From the NCBI RefSeq assembly GCF_009914755.1, contig NC_060940.1: a stretch of DNA of 64,000 bases, one strand, 5' to 3'. Under the pieces are notes generated by a model, which saw only the letters and a program-made list of their open reading frames with translations, was not told the DNA's origin and searched no databases. The position numbers and the translations under genes were made by a program. The stretch's first letter is position 1. Each line of letters starts with the position of its first letter. This DNA is from the human T2T-CHM13v2.0 reference genome, Homo sapiens. Below are positions 12,927 to 32,146 of this stretch, piece by piece.

Positions 12927-13615
12927 TAAGAAGGTGCTGTTTTTGTTCTCAGTGTCCAGGCAGAGAGTGAGGCATTAATAGATGGTTTCCATTCTTACTC
13001 TCCATGGATGAAGTTGAGGGCGTTGGACGTATTCCCAGGGTCACATGTGATCTGTCCTCTGCCTTTCCATTTCCATCGCGTCTCCATCTCAGCTTGTACT
13101 CTGTGATCCAGCTCTACTGACTTGCTTTTAACTTCTTGTTGATTCCCACCCCAGGAGCTTAGCATGGGCTGTAGCTATGCCTGGAATGCCATTTCTCCTT
13201 CCTATTATTTGCCTAGCCAACTCTTTTTATATGGCTTAAACGTCACCTCTTCAGGAAAGTCTCACTGATTTCCAATCTAAAGGTTGGTTCCCCCATTCTC
13301 AATTCTTTTGAGAGGAAATGAACTGAACCCCTTTCCACATTGCTTATGTTTTCTTCAGAGAACTTATCATAATAGTAACTAAATGGCAATTTTGGAATCG
13401 GTTATTTTTTATGCTTGCCTCTGTCTGCTGCTCACTGCTGTATGCCTAGGGCTTAGAAGAGTGATTTGCAGCTAATGGATCCTCAATAGACATTTGCAGA
13501 ATAGATGATTTTGTGAATATGGACTGCGTCTCCTTTGATTGATGGGAAAAGCTTTTGTTCCATTGAAGTTGAGTGTGTATTTCTCATGGAAGCCTTCTGT
13601 GATATCTAACCCCAC

Positions 13616-13990
13616 TGCTATCGGCAAAATAGTGTCTCCCCGAAATTCATATATTAAGGTCCTAATCCCCAATATCTCAGAATGTGACTACATTTGGAGT
13701 TAGTCTTTAATGAGGCAAGTTAAAATGGGGTCATTAGCATGGGCCCTAATCCAATATGACTGTTGTCCTTATAAGAAGAGAGACACCAGGGGTGCATGTG
13801 CATAGAGGAAAGTCCGTAGGGGACACAGCAAGAAAACAGCCATGTGCAAGCCAAGGAGAGAGACCCCAGAAACAACCAACCTGCAGACACCTTGACCTTG
13901 GACTTTCAGTCTCCAGAACTGAGAGAAAGTAATTTTCTCTTTAAGCCACACAGTCTGTGCTATTTTAATGGCAGGTCCAGCAAGCTGATA
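13616..13990 (+). mobile_element. MaLR LTR (MLT1A/B-like), inserted in L2 remnants
   Basis: gggccctaatccaatatgactg...ccttataagaagag...gacaccttgaccttggactttcagtctccagaactg. Confidence 0.85.
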
Positions 13991-14427
13991 CCCCTGCCTG
14001 AGACTGGGTTAGGATCCCCTGCTCTGGGCAGCCCTTCTGTTTCTCCACATCAAGATACTTAATTTCTCTGCATTATAATTGGCTGTATCCAACTCGAAGC
14101 TTCAGAGCAGAAGGAACTCACCTCTTCCTTCCTGGAACCTGGCACAGGGCCTGGCATATAAGAAGTGTCTTCTGTTTGTAAAATGAATGAATGAAAGAAT
14201 TTGGGAATAAAGTCAGGATGCTGAGGGTTAGCTTTTGTCAAATATTGCTGTGCAGAAATTTCATTCATCAAGTACTTATTCCATGCATACTATATACCAG
14301 ACACTAACCTAGGTGCTAGGAAGAATGCAGTATACAAAGGAGATTTAAAAAATATCCTTGTCCTCAAGAGTCTTATATCGTGCTAGACGTAGAGAAATAA
14401 CAAGCAAGAGAAGTAAACATACATAAT

Positions 14428-14620
14428 GGGGCCAGGTCTAGGGTGATACACATGAGGCACTGACTGGGTGCAAAATTTAAGGCAGTGCAAAAAACTGGAG
14501 TAATTAGGATAAATAATTTAATGCAATTTACAACTTTAATGCAATTTTTAATGCAATTTTTAAAACACAATGCAAAAATATCCACAATGGACAAAACATC
14601 AAAATCTTCAGTAAAGACAA
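14428..14620. mobile_element. hAT-type DNA transposon fragment within L2
   Basis: gggccaggtctagggtga...gaggcac...gggtgcaaaatttaagg start followed by an AT-rich body; family not certain. Confidence 0.45.
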
Positions 14621-15030
14621 GATGGTTATACAGCCTGCTATGAGAAAAAAAAAGAATTGGGAATGGGAACAGGAAATTTTGTGGAGAGAGGTGTTGAGGT
14701 TGTAGGTGGAGTGACCAGAGAAGTCCCTACCAAGAAGATGCTACTTGGGTGAAGACTTGAAGGAAGAGAGGAGCAATCCATGCAAATATCTGGGAATAAC
14801 TTTCTCTGCAGATGGAACAGCAGGTGCAAAGGCCCCTGGGGTTGCACCACACTTGGAGAGGAACTAGTGTGACTGAAGGCTAGGAGTTAGCAGGGGAAGG
14901 GGTACAGGAGATGAGGTTAGAGGGGTAATAGGCCAAGATGCAGAGAGAATGAGCTGAACTCAATATTGCCAACTCATTCAAACTTAGAGGCTGGAAATCA
15001 GGATTTTAAAGTGGTATCTCTTAATTTTTA

Positions 15031-15648
<618 letters not shown>

Positions 15649-15829
15649 GCTAAATAGAACATAGCTGTGAATGGAAACTGTTGATGAGGTCAGCAATTCC
15701 AGGAAAGGATCAGATGGGCCAGAAGCTCCACTACGGCCCTCTTCCCTCCACGCCTCCCAAAATGCCCACCCATTTCCTTTATGCTGCAGCAGAAGTGATT
15801 TTCCACCACATGCCTAACACTCCTCCTCA

Positions 15830-16260
15830 TTAAGTAATCACTATCCACAGCCACTCATTTCCATGTTTGTAGCCAGTCCAGGTGTAAAAGACGCCTGCCC
15901 TGTTCATAGGAGTCAGATGGAGATCAGCCAATTACAGGGCTATTAGATGAAAATGCAGTGCCTTCCTTATCTTGCCTCTGTGGGTTGCGCTCTTCACGAT
16001 GGTGGGTTTGCGCCTGATCAGTACTTTAGTCCAATGCCCGCCCAGCCTGGTTCTCTAATTCTGGCCAGCAGAGCACAATTTCCTATTCTAAATGGAACAG
16101 CTCCGCTGATATGTTCTGAGCAGCAGCAATATTCACCCTTTTGCATACTGTATTCATAGCTGATTATGCAAATCACATTTCATTAGTCTTTTCCTCATTA
16201 AAATGATTTGAAAGACAAATAATTTTGGATAGACTTTTATTGTTGTGCAAGGGTATGTCT
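15830..16260. promoter_or_regulatory. Candidate enhancer / conserved non-coding element
   Basis: Non-repetitive block with octamer ATGCAAAT at 16166-16173, a second near-octamer, several TAAT/ATTA cores and retained CpGs. Confidence 0.35.
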
Positions 16261-16520
16261 AAAGCAACTGTTTTTGGTGCAATGAGCTAGAACATTAGTC
16301 ATAAACTAAAAAATCCCCACAAAGCCCTGGGAGGTACTGGGAAAATGTGAACCGGGTCATCAAAATAGAAGGTGGTGGTAACTGGGGCAGACTGGAGGCA
16401 GCTCACCTAGACTAGAGGAGACATCTAGTCCTCAGGTCCAGCCAATATGGCAGAATGGCAACTGGGACCAGTAGGGCAAGACTTTTTCTTTGACATTTTA
16501 ATAGGACTAGAAATCTGAGA

Positions 16521-16894
<374 letters not shown>

Positions 16895-17334
16895 TAGTGT
16901 AGATGTAGTGTGTGGGTTATCAGATGGTGATCTCTAGTTAGGTTCTGGGAACTATCTGGGTTTTGCATGTGAGAGTAACTCAGTCCAGAAAGTTAAAAAT
17001 GGACTGGGTGAAGAAGGAAGGGATGGTGGATTCAAGGTCTGCCCAACTCAGGAATAGTGGTTTTCCTGCCCCTAAACCAAAGCCTCGTCATCCTCATCAG
17101 TATCATAATGGCCATTTGTGTGCACAGCATCGTAAGGGAAGGGCCTTATCGTTAACTCATGCGTTTCTTAAAACACCCTGTGACCCATTTTGCAGATGAG
17201 AGAGCTGACTCTTCATAATCACATGACAAATGAGTGCATACCCAGAATTTGAGCCTGTGACTCTACATTCTGAGCTTTGATCTATTACTATTTGATCTAT
17301 TACTGCTGACTATAGATATAGGTTGGAATGAATG

Positions 17335-17665
17335 TAGTAAAGTTTTAGGATACAAAAATCAGTAGCAATTCTACGCACCAACAACCGTTGAGCTAAGAAC
17401 CAAATCAAGAAGACAATCCCCATTACAATAGCTATAAAAACATATAAAATACCTAGCACTATATTTAACCAAGGAGGTGAAAGATCTCTGCAAGAAAAAC
17501 TCTAAAAGACCGATGAAAGAAATCCTAGGTGACACAAACAAATGGAAGAACATTCCATACTCATGGATCAGAAGAATTAATACCATTAAATGACCATAGT
17601 GCCCAAAGCAATCTCTAGATTGATGTAATCCCTATCAAAATACCAGTGTCATTTTTCAGATAAAA
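17335..17665 (+). mobile_element. L1 ORF2 internal fragment
   Basis: taaccaaggaggtgaaagatctct...gacacaaacaaatggaagaacattccatactcatggat. Confidence 0.85.
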
Positions 17666-17684
17666 CAAACTTAAAATATGTTTA

Positions 17685-17993
<309 letters not shown>

Positions 17994-18001
17994 TTAAAAA
18001 A

Positions 18002-18122
18002 AGGCCCGGAAATTGTGGCTCATGCCTGTAATCCCAGTGCTTTGGGAGGCTCAGATGGGAGGATTCCTTGAAGCCAGGGGTTTGAGACCAGCCTGGGCAA
18101 CAAAATGAGGCCCCATCTTTAG
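18002..18122 (+). mobile_element. FLAM / AluJ left monomer
   Basis: Single Alu arm ending ccccatcttt. Confidence 0.8.
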
Positions 18123-18279
18123 ATAGAGTTTTTAAAAAGACAGATATAGTTTGGCAGATTATTTTCTTAACAATGTAAAGACTCTAGAGAAAGCTGAGGT
18201 TGAGTGTTTCTGAACTTGAGAAAAGTGTTTTGTAGTTTTTGGCCATATCCCTATATGTGGAGTGGGACAAAGTCAATTA

Positions 18280-18589
18280 GCCATCCGAGAGTTCTCTAGA
18301 CTCATGAAAGGCAAGAAGACAGCAAAGACAAAGTTGGCCGTCCTCAATGGCTCTTAACCTATGACCTATGGGAGTTGGTGTATCAATACCCAGCTCCCTC
18401 ACTGCCCTTAAGTGCCTGTTCTATACCATTCACCAGAGCTTTGCAGCCCTCGTTGCCCACAGGAGTAGCTTGATTGATAACACTGTACATTGACTTCTTT
18501 CCCTTTTTTATCTCACTACTTTCACCTCTCACATCAACTACAAATGCTTGTCTTAGGGTCTTCTCCTGAGAGAACCCAAACTAAGACAC
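18280..18589 (+). mobile_element. ERVL LTR16-like 3' part
   Basis: atgggagttggtgtatcaatacccagctccctc...gagaacccaaactaagaca terminus. Confidence 0.65.
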
Positions 18590-18695
18590 AAGGAAACCTC
18601 AAATTCTTTGTTTTTTGTTTAACTTGCATTGTGTTTGCATCTTTTTGAACTAGGCTAGTCATGTCATCAAGTTTATCCATCTGCATTCAATTAAA

Positions 18696-18982
18696 TTTTT
18701 AGACAGAGGTCCCTTGCTGTTGCCCAGACTGGATAGCAGTGGTATGATCCAATCACAGCTCACTGCAACCTCAAACGCCTGGGCTTGAGTCAGCCTTCTG
18801 CCTCAGCCTCCCAAGTAGCTGGAACTACAGGTGCATGCCAGCACAACCAACTAGTTCAAATTTTTTTTGTAGAGATAGGGTCTCACTCTGTTGCCCAGTC
18901 TGGCCTCAAACTCCCAGCCTTAAGTGATCCCCCTGCCTTGGCATCTGAAAGTGCTCAGATTACAGGCATGAACCATGCCCAA
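18696..18982 (-). mobile_element. AluJ
   Basis: Diverged antisense Alu; TSD ccatctgcatt. Confidence 0.9.
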
Positions 18983-19911
18983 TCCCATCTGCATTTATTA
19001 TGCAATGTCTAGGGTAATATTGGGCAGATTACAACAGAATTTAGAACTAGTTTTAACTTAAGCTTACTAGTAGAAGAATTCTAAAATAAAAGGGGAGGCA
19101 AGATATAAATCAAAAGGATTTGGTCAAAGAGAAGATACTTGTATTGCTGTAGTTCCTGCCACGTTTCCATTGGTTGAAATACAGTTGATTGTCTACAGTG
19201 CAGCCTTACCAGTGATAAGGGGCTGTCTTCTTTAATCTTCCTTTTTAATTTGCTTCCTAATTACTTTAAAGGAAGAACTCTTTGGCACTGAAAATTACTC
19301 TAGATTGTAACCAAAAAAAGATCCAGAACCTTTTTTTTTTTTTTTCTATTTCTTTTAATCTTCATTCAGGGGCATAGTATAATTGAATTAAGACGCTACC
19401 AGTGGGTGAATTACAGGATAATAATTCAGACCTTTCTGTTTAATAGGGGCTGGCCTGTGGCCTTGAGTCCACTAGATCTGAAGGGTGAATTACTGCTCCA
19501 TAACTCACTAGCTCCCATTTAAAGAGACCCTGGTTAAAGAGAATTAACATCAACAACCAAGTCAGGAAAAGGCAACCCAAGACCTAAGAGTAAGAGATGA
19601 GGATAACACAGAAATGAATTTGGAAAGTTCTGGCTTCTCACTTCAAAGAAGGCAGGCTTCAGAGAATAAAAAACCTTCCATAAAAAACCAAAGGCCTCTC
19701 TGCTCAGCAGAGCTCTGGGTGTTTTTTCACCAAAGCCCTGGCAAACATACCCAGATGTCTCAAGCATGCATCCTTTCAGATCTAATAAAATGACTAACTG
19801 GGCTTTAAACCTAGCCTGGATATGGGCGAGGTGTCCGGCAGTTACCTGCACCTTGAACAGAGTGGACAATAACACCCAAAGTCCTTCTTTCTGTCTTCCC
19901 TAAAGTGTATG

Positions 19912-20215
19912 TATGTTATTTATTTATTGTTTATTTATTTAGTCTCACTCTGTCATCCAGGCTGGAGTGCAGTGGTGTGATCTCGGCTCACTGCAGCCTC
20001 TGCCTCCTGGGTTCAAGTGATTTTTCTGCCTCAGCCTCCCAAGTAGCTGAGATTATACACATGTGTCACCATGCCTGGCTAATATTTGTGTTTTTAGTAA
20101 AAATGGGGTTTCACCATGTTGTCCAGGCTGGTCTCAAACTCCTGGCCTCAAGTGATTTGCCCACCTCAGCCTCGCAAAGTGCTGAGATTACAGGTGTGAG
20201 CCACCATGCCCGGCC
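19912..20215 (-). mobile_element. AluS/J
   Basis: Antisense dimeric Alu. Confidence 0.92.
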
Positions 20216-20571
20216 CCTGATGTGATGTTTTTCTAGCTGATGCCTGAAATGTCACCATTAGCAATTTTTTTTTTAAAGTAAAAGCTGACATCCTTCTGTT
20301 TCCTCTTTTCCAAAAAAGAGTTGACAGTGGACATAAGTTAAATATTATAGCACTTAAGTCATAGATATGAATTCAGATCTAAACTTCATTGACTGTGAAA
20401 TCAAAGGGAAATTGCCTACCCTCTCTGGTTTCAAGTTTCTCATCTATAAAGCAGGGATTGTAATAGTCCCAACTTCTTAGGGCTGTCATAAAAGTTAGAT
20501 AAAAGAATGGATATGAAACATAGAAAAATGGCTGACGTGGAGTAAGACTTCAATAAAGAATAAGCATTATT

Positions 20572-20622
20572 CCACTGCACTCCAGCCTGGGCGACAGAGT
20601 GAGACTCCATCTCAAAAAGAAA
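20572..20622 (+). mobile_element. Severely 5'-truncated Alu (about 50 bp) at the end of a MIR
   Basis: ccactgcactccagcctgggcgacagagtgagactccatctcaaaaa flanked by TSD aataagcattatt. Confidence 0.9.
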
Positions 20623-22602
20623 ATAAGCATTATTATCGAAAAATATCCTTTAGAGACTGAAGGATGTGAAGAATTGCATTGCTGATTTTAGTTTCTAGAA
20701 TAAGAATGTCATCCAGTGTAAGAGAAAAAGGGTGATCAATTCAATGTGGTTCATAGATATCATTCTCTAAGATGGCATGAATTGATAGTTCACCGTCTTT
20801 GGGGTAAACCCAACTTTTGTGAATTTCTAAAATCCAAGAGACAACCACCTCAGCTGCAAAGGATCTCATCCAGCTTAGGAGGTCAGTAGCAGCTGATAGG
20901 ACAGGTTCCATTTTCACTTCCTCTTAGACATCTTGCCTGTCTCTGCCAACCTTCTGCTATCTGTCCCAGACTTTTACTTAAAGATAAAAAGAGAATGCTT
21001 ATAATTCATTACAGTTCATTAAAATGAAAATAAAATTTATTTTGCATCAAAATGAAAAAAAGACTCATTTATTATTAGCATATAAATGGCATTTTTAAAT
21101 GTCACTCTGCCTCAAAATCACTTACATTTTCAGTGATCATAGCACACAAAATTAATTTTTGATAGCCTTTTGTGATTTGGCTGGAAATTCTTATTTCTTT
21201 TTGTGCTTTAAACAGCAAACTGTATCCACTGCTATTCATAGCAAATTTTAGATAATGAAGCAATTAAAAATACATGGATTTAAGATCTTATCTCATTTTT
21301 CCTTTGGCCTATTTCTGCTTCATTATTCATGAAGGGATATGTTTAATTCAGAGTTAGTAATTGCAGATATATCTAGTATAAATTGTGCCTCATATTCTTT
21401 ACCCATTTCAATTTATTTTAGCAAATAGATCTCTGTTTGAAAAAAAAGTCATTGAGAGAGGGTGAGTATGACAAAAATGCAGAAATCTGCGTGTATGTGT
21501 ATATTGATTGACATATCCAAACCAGATCTCAAAAATGTTAATAACCACATTTCCTGAGGTTTTACCAAGAGCCAGGCACTGTGCTGAACAATTTTACACA
21601 GCATTTCACTCAATCCCAAGAGTAACTTTAGGAGGGCTGTATAGTTAGTGCTCCCATTTTTTAGATACGGAGACTGAGGCTCAGGTCAAAAAAGTGGCCT
21701 GAAGTCACATCATTAGAAATGACAAAGAACCAGAATTGGAACTTGGCTTGTCTGTCTCCACAGCCTCTGTATTAGACCATTCATCTCCTGTGTTCTAGAA
21801 CAAAGTGTATTAAAGCCTCAAAGAGATTTGTCAAAGGCTGCTAAAATCGTCCTGCAGTTCCACCTAACAGCATCCAAAGTTCATAAAGTTGCTGGTCTGA
21901 GGAGCTGTGACTTATTTGGTTTCCATGAGCTCTAAATATATTTTAGGAATTTATCCTAGAGAAATAACAGGTACACATGGTTTCTTTTTTTTTCTTTCTT
22001 TTTTTTAAGTTCTAGGGTACACGTGCACAACATGCAAGTTTGTTTCATAGGTATACATGTGCCATGTTGGTTTGGGGCAACCATCACCTCGTCATTTACA
22101 TTAGGTATTTCTCCTAATGCTATCCCTCCCCCAGTTCCCCACACCCCAATAGGCCCCAGTGTGTGATGTTCCCCTCACTGTGTCCATGTGTTCTCATTGT
22201 TCAACTCCCACTTATGAGTGAGAACATGTGGTGTTTGGTTTTCTGTCCTTGTGATATTTTGCTGAGAATGATGGTTTCCAGCTTCATCCATGTCCCTACT
22301 AAGGACATGAACTCATCCTTTTTTATGGCTGCATGGTATTTCATGGTGTATATGTGCCACATTTTCTTTTTTTATTTTGTTTTATTATTTTGTTTTATTA
22401 TTATACTTCAAGTTTTAGGGTACATGTGCACAACGTGCAGGTTTGTTACATATGTATACATGTGCCATGTTGGTGTGCTGCACCCATTAACGCGTCATTA
22501 GCATTAGGTATATCTCCTAATGCTATCCCTCCCCCCTCCCCCACCCCACAACAGTCCCCAGTGTGTGATGTTCCCCTTCCTGTGTCCATGCGTTCTCATT
22601 GT

Positions 22603-26418
<3,816 letters not shown>

Positions 26419-26481
26419 TATGATGCTAGCTGGTTATTTTGCCCGTTAATTTATGCAGATTCTTCATAGTGTCAATTGTCT

Positions 26482-27500
26482 TTACAATTTGGCATGTTTT
26501 CACAGTGGCTCATACTGGTTGTTCTTTTCCATATTTAGTCCTTCCCTCAGGAGCTCTTGTGAGTCAGGCCTGCTGGTGACAAAATCTCTCAGCATTTGCT
26601 TGTCTGTACATGATTTTATTTCTCCTCCACTTATAAAGCTTAGTTTGGCTGGATATGAAATTCTGGGTTGAAAATTCTTTAAGAATGTTGAATATTGGCC
26701 CCCACTCTCTTCTGGCTTGTAGGGTTTCTGCAGAGAGATCTGCTGTTAGTCTGATGGGCTTCCCTTTGCGGGTAACCCAACCTTTCTCTCTGGCTGAACT
26801 TAACACTTTTTCCTTCTTTTCAACCTTGGCGAATCTGACAATTATGTGTCTTGGGGTTGCTCTTCTTGAGGAGTATTTTGTGGTGTTCTTTGTATTTCCT
26901 GAATTTCATTGTTGGCCTGCCTTGCTAGGTTGGGGAAGTTCTCCTGGATAATATCCTAAAGAATGTTTTCCAACTTGATTCCATTCTCCCTGTCACTTTC
27001 AGGTACGCCAGTCAAACGTAGATTTGGTCTTTTCACATAGCCCCGTATTTCTTAGAGGCTTTGTTCATTTCTTTTCATTCTTTTTTCTCTAATCTTGTCT
27101 TCTTACTTTATTTCATTAATTTGATCTTCAATCACTTGTATCCTGTCTTCTACTTGATGGAATCAGCTACTGAAGCTCGTGTATGCTCCCCGAAGTTCTC
27201 GTGCTGTGGTTTTCAGCTCCATCAGGTCATTTAAGCTCTTCTCTATACTGGTTATTCTAGTTAGCCATACGTCTAACCTTTTTTCAAGGTTTTTAGCTTC
27301 CTTGCGATGGGTTAGAACATGCTCCTTTATCTCGGAGAAGTTTGTTATTATTGACCTTCTGAAGCCTACTTCTGTCAACTCGTCAAACTCATTCTCCATC
27401 CAGTTTTGATCCCTTGCTGGCAAGAAGTAGTGTTCTTTGGAGGAGAAGAGGTGTTCTGGCTTTTGGAATTTTCAGCCTTTCTGCTCTGGTTTCTCCCCAT
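26482..27500 (-). pseudogene. L1 ORF1 (disrupted)
   Basis: ATGGGGAGAAAC start at 27500; fragments WMENEFDELTEVGFRR and GKPIRLTADLSAETLQARREWGPIFNILKE; stops and frameshifts. Confidence 0.93.
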
Positions 27501-28072
27501 CTTTGTGGTTTTATCTACCTTTGGTTTTTGATGTTGGTGACCTATGGATGGGGTTTTGGTGTGGATGTCCTTTTGTTGATGTTGATGCTATTCCTTTCTG
27601 TTTGTTAGTTTTCCTTCTAACAGTCAGGCCCCTCAGCTACAGGTCTGTTGGAGTTTGCTTGAGGTCCACTCCAGACCGTGTTTGCCTAGGTATCACCAGC
27701 GGAGGCTGCAGAACAGCAAATCTTTTTGCCTGATCCTTCCTCTGGAAGCTTCATCCCAGAGGGGCACCTGCCTGTATGAGGTGTCTGTCAGCCCCTACTG
27801 GGAGGTGTCTCCCAGACAGGCTACACGGGGGTCAGGGACCCACTTGAGGAGGCAATCTGTCCGTTATTGGAGCTTGAACACCATGCTGTGAGAACCACTG
27901 CTCTCTTCAGAACTGTCAAGCAGGGACTTTTTCCATGTGGTATCTTTTAATACAAGTTGTCACAGGGTTTTATACACCAGTAAAAAAGCAGGAAAGAGGA
28001 AAGAAAAAAGGAAATGGCTCAACAATGTTCAATTATATGTTAAATAAATCCTGATGCATTTATTTAGTATTA

Positions 28073-28357
<285 letters not shown>

Positions 28358-28774
28358 TTACTGACATGTAAAAAATGTGTCTGCAGGTTATAAAAGTGGC
28401 AGGTCCATAAAACAATATATGTAATGTATCCCTTTTCTAAAAAAAAAAAACTACATATGTGTATATATATGTGTAAATGAGGAAAGAGAGAAGCCAGGAC
28501 ATCTCAGCTTTTCTGAGATTTTGCACAACAAAAACATAACACAAGCCACATATGTAATTTAAAATTTTCTTTTTTATTTATTATTATTATTTCTTTTTTA
28601 TTTTATTATTTTTTCTCCCCCACTTGTAAATAGCATTATTGCTTTACTGATGATCAGCTTTGTTTTATAAAAAACTCAGAAAATTCAGTAAAGTATGCAC
28701 AAGAAAGGAAAAATGTCATAACTACACCAGCCAAAGATCAGTCCCCTGTATCTAACAGTGTGTGTGAATCTTGC

Positions 28775-29054
28775 TAGACCTGCCCTGTGCTATTTGGTGG
28801 TCATGAGCCACGTGACTCCTGAGCACTGGAAGTGTGGCTGGTCCAAACTGAGACGTGCTGTAAGTGTCAAAGACATGCTGGATTCCAGAGATTTAGAACC
28901 AAAGAAGATAGTACAATATCTCATTAATAATTTTTCTATTGGTTACAGGTTGAAATGCTAATATTTGAAGTATTTAAAAATAAAATATGCTACTAAAATT
29001 AATTTTACCTGTTTTTTCACTTTTTATTATAGCTATTAGAAAATTTTAAATTTC
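28775..29054. mobile_element. MER33 (hAT-Charlie) fragment
   Basis: agccacgtgactcctgagcactggaagtgtggctggtccaaactgagacgtgctgtaagtgt...aaaattaattttacctgttt. Confidence 0.75.
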
Positions 29055-30075
<1,021 letters not shown>

Positions 30076-31669
30076 GAAAGTCTCTTTAGTGATCTTCTGA
30101 CTCAGTCAATAAAATGCATCAATATTCCACTGGGTATGCATGCCTCTATTCTAGATTCTGGAGGTACTGGAGAAAACAAAACAGGCAAAACTGCCACCCT
30201 CATGGAGCATGAGTTCTGGTAGGAGAGACAGAAAAAAAATGCAAGAAAATACGCAATATTTCACGTGTTGATGAGAGCTATGGAGACAAAGGAGAAGGGA
30301 GAAGACCAAGGTGTTCTAATGAAGGATGATCAGGAAGGCTCGTGTTATAAGGTGACATTGTGCAGAGACGTGGGGGAAATGAGTGAATGTGTCTTGAGGC
30401 TGAGAGACAGCCGTCTGGCAAGTCCACAGGCCCCTAAGCAGAAACAAGCTTGGCGTGATGGAGGAATCACAAGGGGCTGTAATGGCTGGAGCAGAGCTTA
30501 TCCTCCCAGTTGAGGAGGTAGGAAGTAGAGGTTGAGATTTTGGAGTCGAGCAGACCTGAGATATCTAATATACAATTTTAAGGCACTGGTGTTGCTGTGA
30601 TAGAACCTTTCTGGGTCACCCCAAAGTACTGACAATGACAAATATATTGGGCAGGCGGTGTGGGGAATGTCAGAGAAAGAGGCTGAGTTTTTCTCTGGGT
30701 CCATGCAGTGCAGAGAGAAGAGAATAAATGTGAGACAGAGAGAAACGGGAGCAGGAACTTGGAGGTAGAAATAATCAAAAGAAACAGGAACCCTGAGGAA
30801 TCTGCAAAAGTCTTGGCAAGATGTTCAACTCATAGGATGTGGGATATAAGCTCAGGCCAAATTTATTTAAAATGCAAAGGAAGAGGTGACCACAGCTTAC
30901 CTCTGGGCCAAGCTTATTTAGTATACCAAATATTTGAAGAATCATTTCTTCTTAATTTGGTTTGTTCTTAGTAGATGCTCCCACTGGTTTAAACCTGAAT
31001 TTCAAGCTGTTGTGTTTTTTTTAAACCTACACTAAATAATACACGGGTGGGTGAAAAGCAGAAGGAGGCTTTGTGAATGAGCTTTTTTAAATAGTGAGAT
31101 TCCTTGGCATGCATAAAATGTTATTTGGGATAGAAGAAAGCTTGATTTATGAAAATCTTCCCTAGGCCACGTAGTGCAGAATCAGGGGACTCTGGCATCG
31201 CCGCCCGGCATGCAAATAAACGTTTCCAGCAGTTCTTTAGAGTATGCATTTCTTGTTTTTTTGGCTGCAGAAAGTATGGTGTCCAAAAATTAGGTAGGGT
31301 TTGCTTTGCATTCCAGTTGTCCGTGTTGCCAGAAAACAATGCCATCTGGATGTCATTCCTTCACCTAGAGTAAGGCGCTGTCACCATGCGTAAGCATTAT
31401 AACATAATCTCTGGGTTACAGTCCTGGCTGGTCACTGACTAGCTTGGAAAGTTTACCACAAATCCTCTGAGTCTCACTTCTCCCTACTGTAAAGGCAGGA
31501 TAATTATTAATTTGAGAACACGTTTGGTTGTACTGAGGATCCAATAAGAGAATATTTGGCAGAAAAATCTGGCCAATGGTAAATGGTATTCAGTAAATAA
31601 ACACATTTAGGTCGTCAGCAGAGAGCTACCTGGATTTTATTTTATTTCCTTCCTTTTTTTTTATCGTAG

Positions 31670-31760
31670 AGAAAAATGACAGGGATTCACTTTCTAAGAA
31701 ATTACACTATGTTCAATGACTTCCCATCAAGAGTAGGCAATGTTCCGTATCCTGCCATTG
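31670..31760 (+). other. Candidate exon (91 nt) of an unannotated spliced transcript
   Basis: Long polypyrimidine tract plus cgtAG at 31668-31669; donor TTG|GTAAGT at 31761. Confidence 0.45.
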
Positions 31761-31779
31761 GTAAGTATCAAATGGGCCC

Positions 31780-31990
31780 GTGTCAGACAAGTCATGGCTT
31801 TTAATCTCCCTTTATTGGCCACGTCACCTGTCAGTGACCTTGACTGTTGCCGGCTGCCTCATGTTCTGCAGTTTCCTGATAAGTGTGTTTCCGGCTTTTG
31901 AAGTTATGTCTGCCGAAAACCACATCTGGTTCACCGCCGCCTCAACAGACACACAATGAAATACAAAAGGCTAATTCTGCTGTGTACGCA
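31780..31990. promoter_or_regulatory. Motif-dense candidate enhancer
   Basis: ATTGG, CCACGTCA, CACCTG, CTGTCA, TGACCTTGA, TGATAAG, TTTCCGG, AACCACA and CATCTG within about 115 bp; CpGs retained. Confidence 0.4.
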
Positions 31991-32010
31991 ATCCATGTTT
32001 CTTTCCCCAG

Positions 32011-32146
32011 AGGATTCCAGATGGAGTGAACTCAGTAGAGGCGGTGCTTCGACGGCTGATGATCTTGCGGAGAGGAGAGAGGAGCATTAGTTACGGTTTT
32101 AAGTCCCGGCTGAACTGGCAGGGGTTACATGACCTCAGACTCAGGG
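32011..32146 (+). other. Candidate exon (136 nt)
   Basis: Branch-like ctaat near 31971, acceptor tttctttccccAG, donor GGG|GTAAGT at 32147. Confidence 0.45.

Noticed and set aside
31149-31373. 74-aa ORF as the first coding exon of the candidate transcript
   Set aside because: Splicing from the 31369 donor into the 31670 exon reaches TGA within three codons; no similarity recognised
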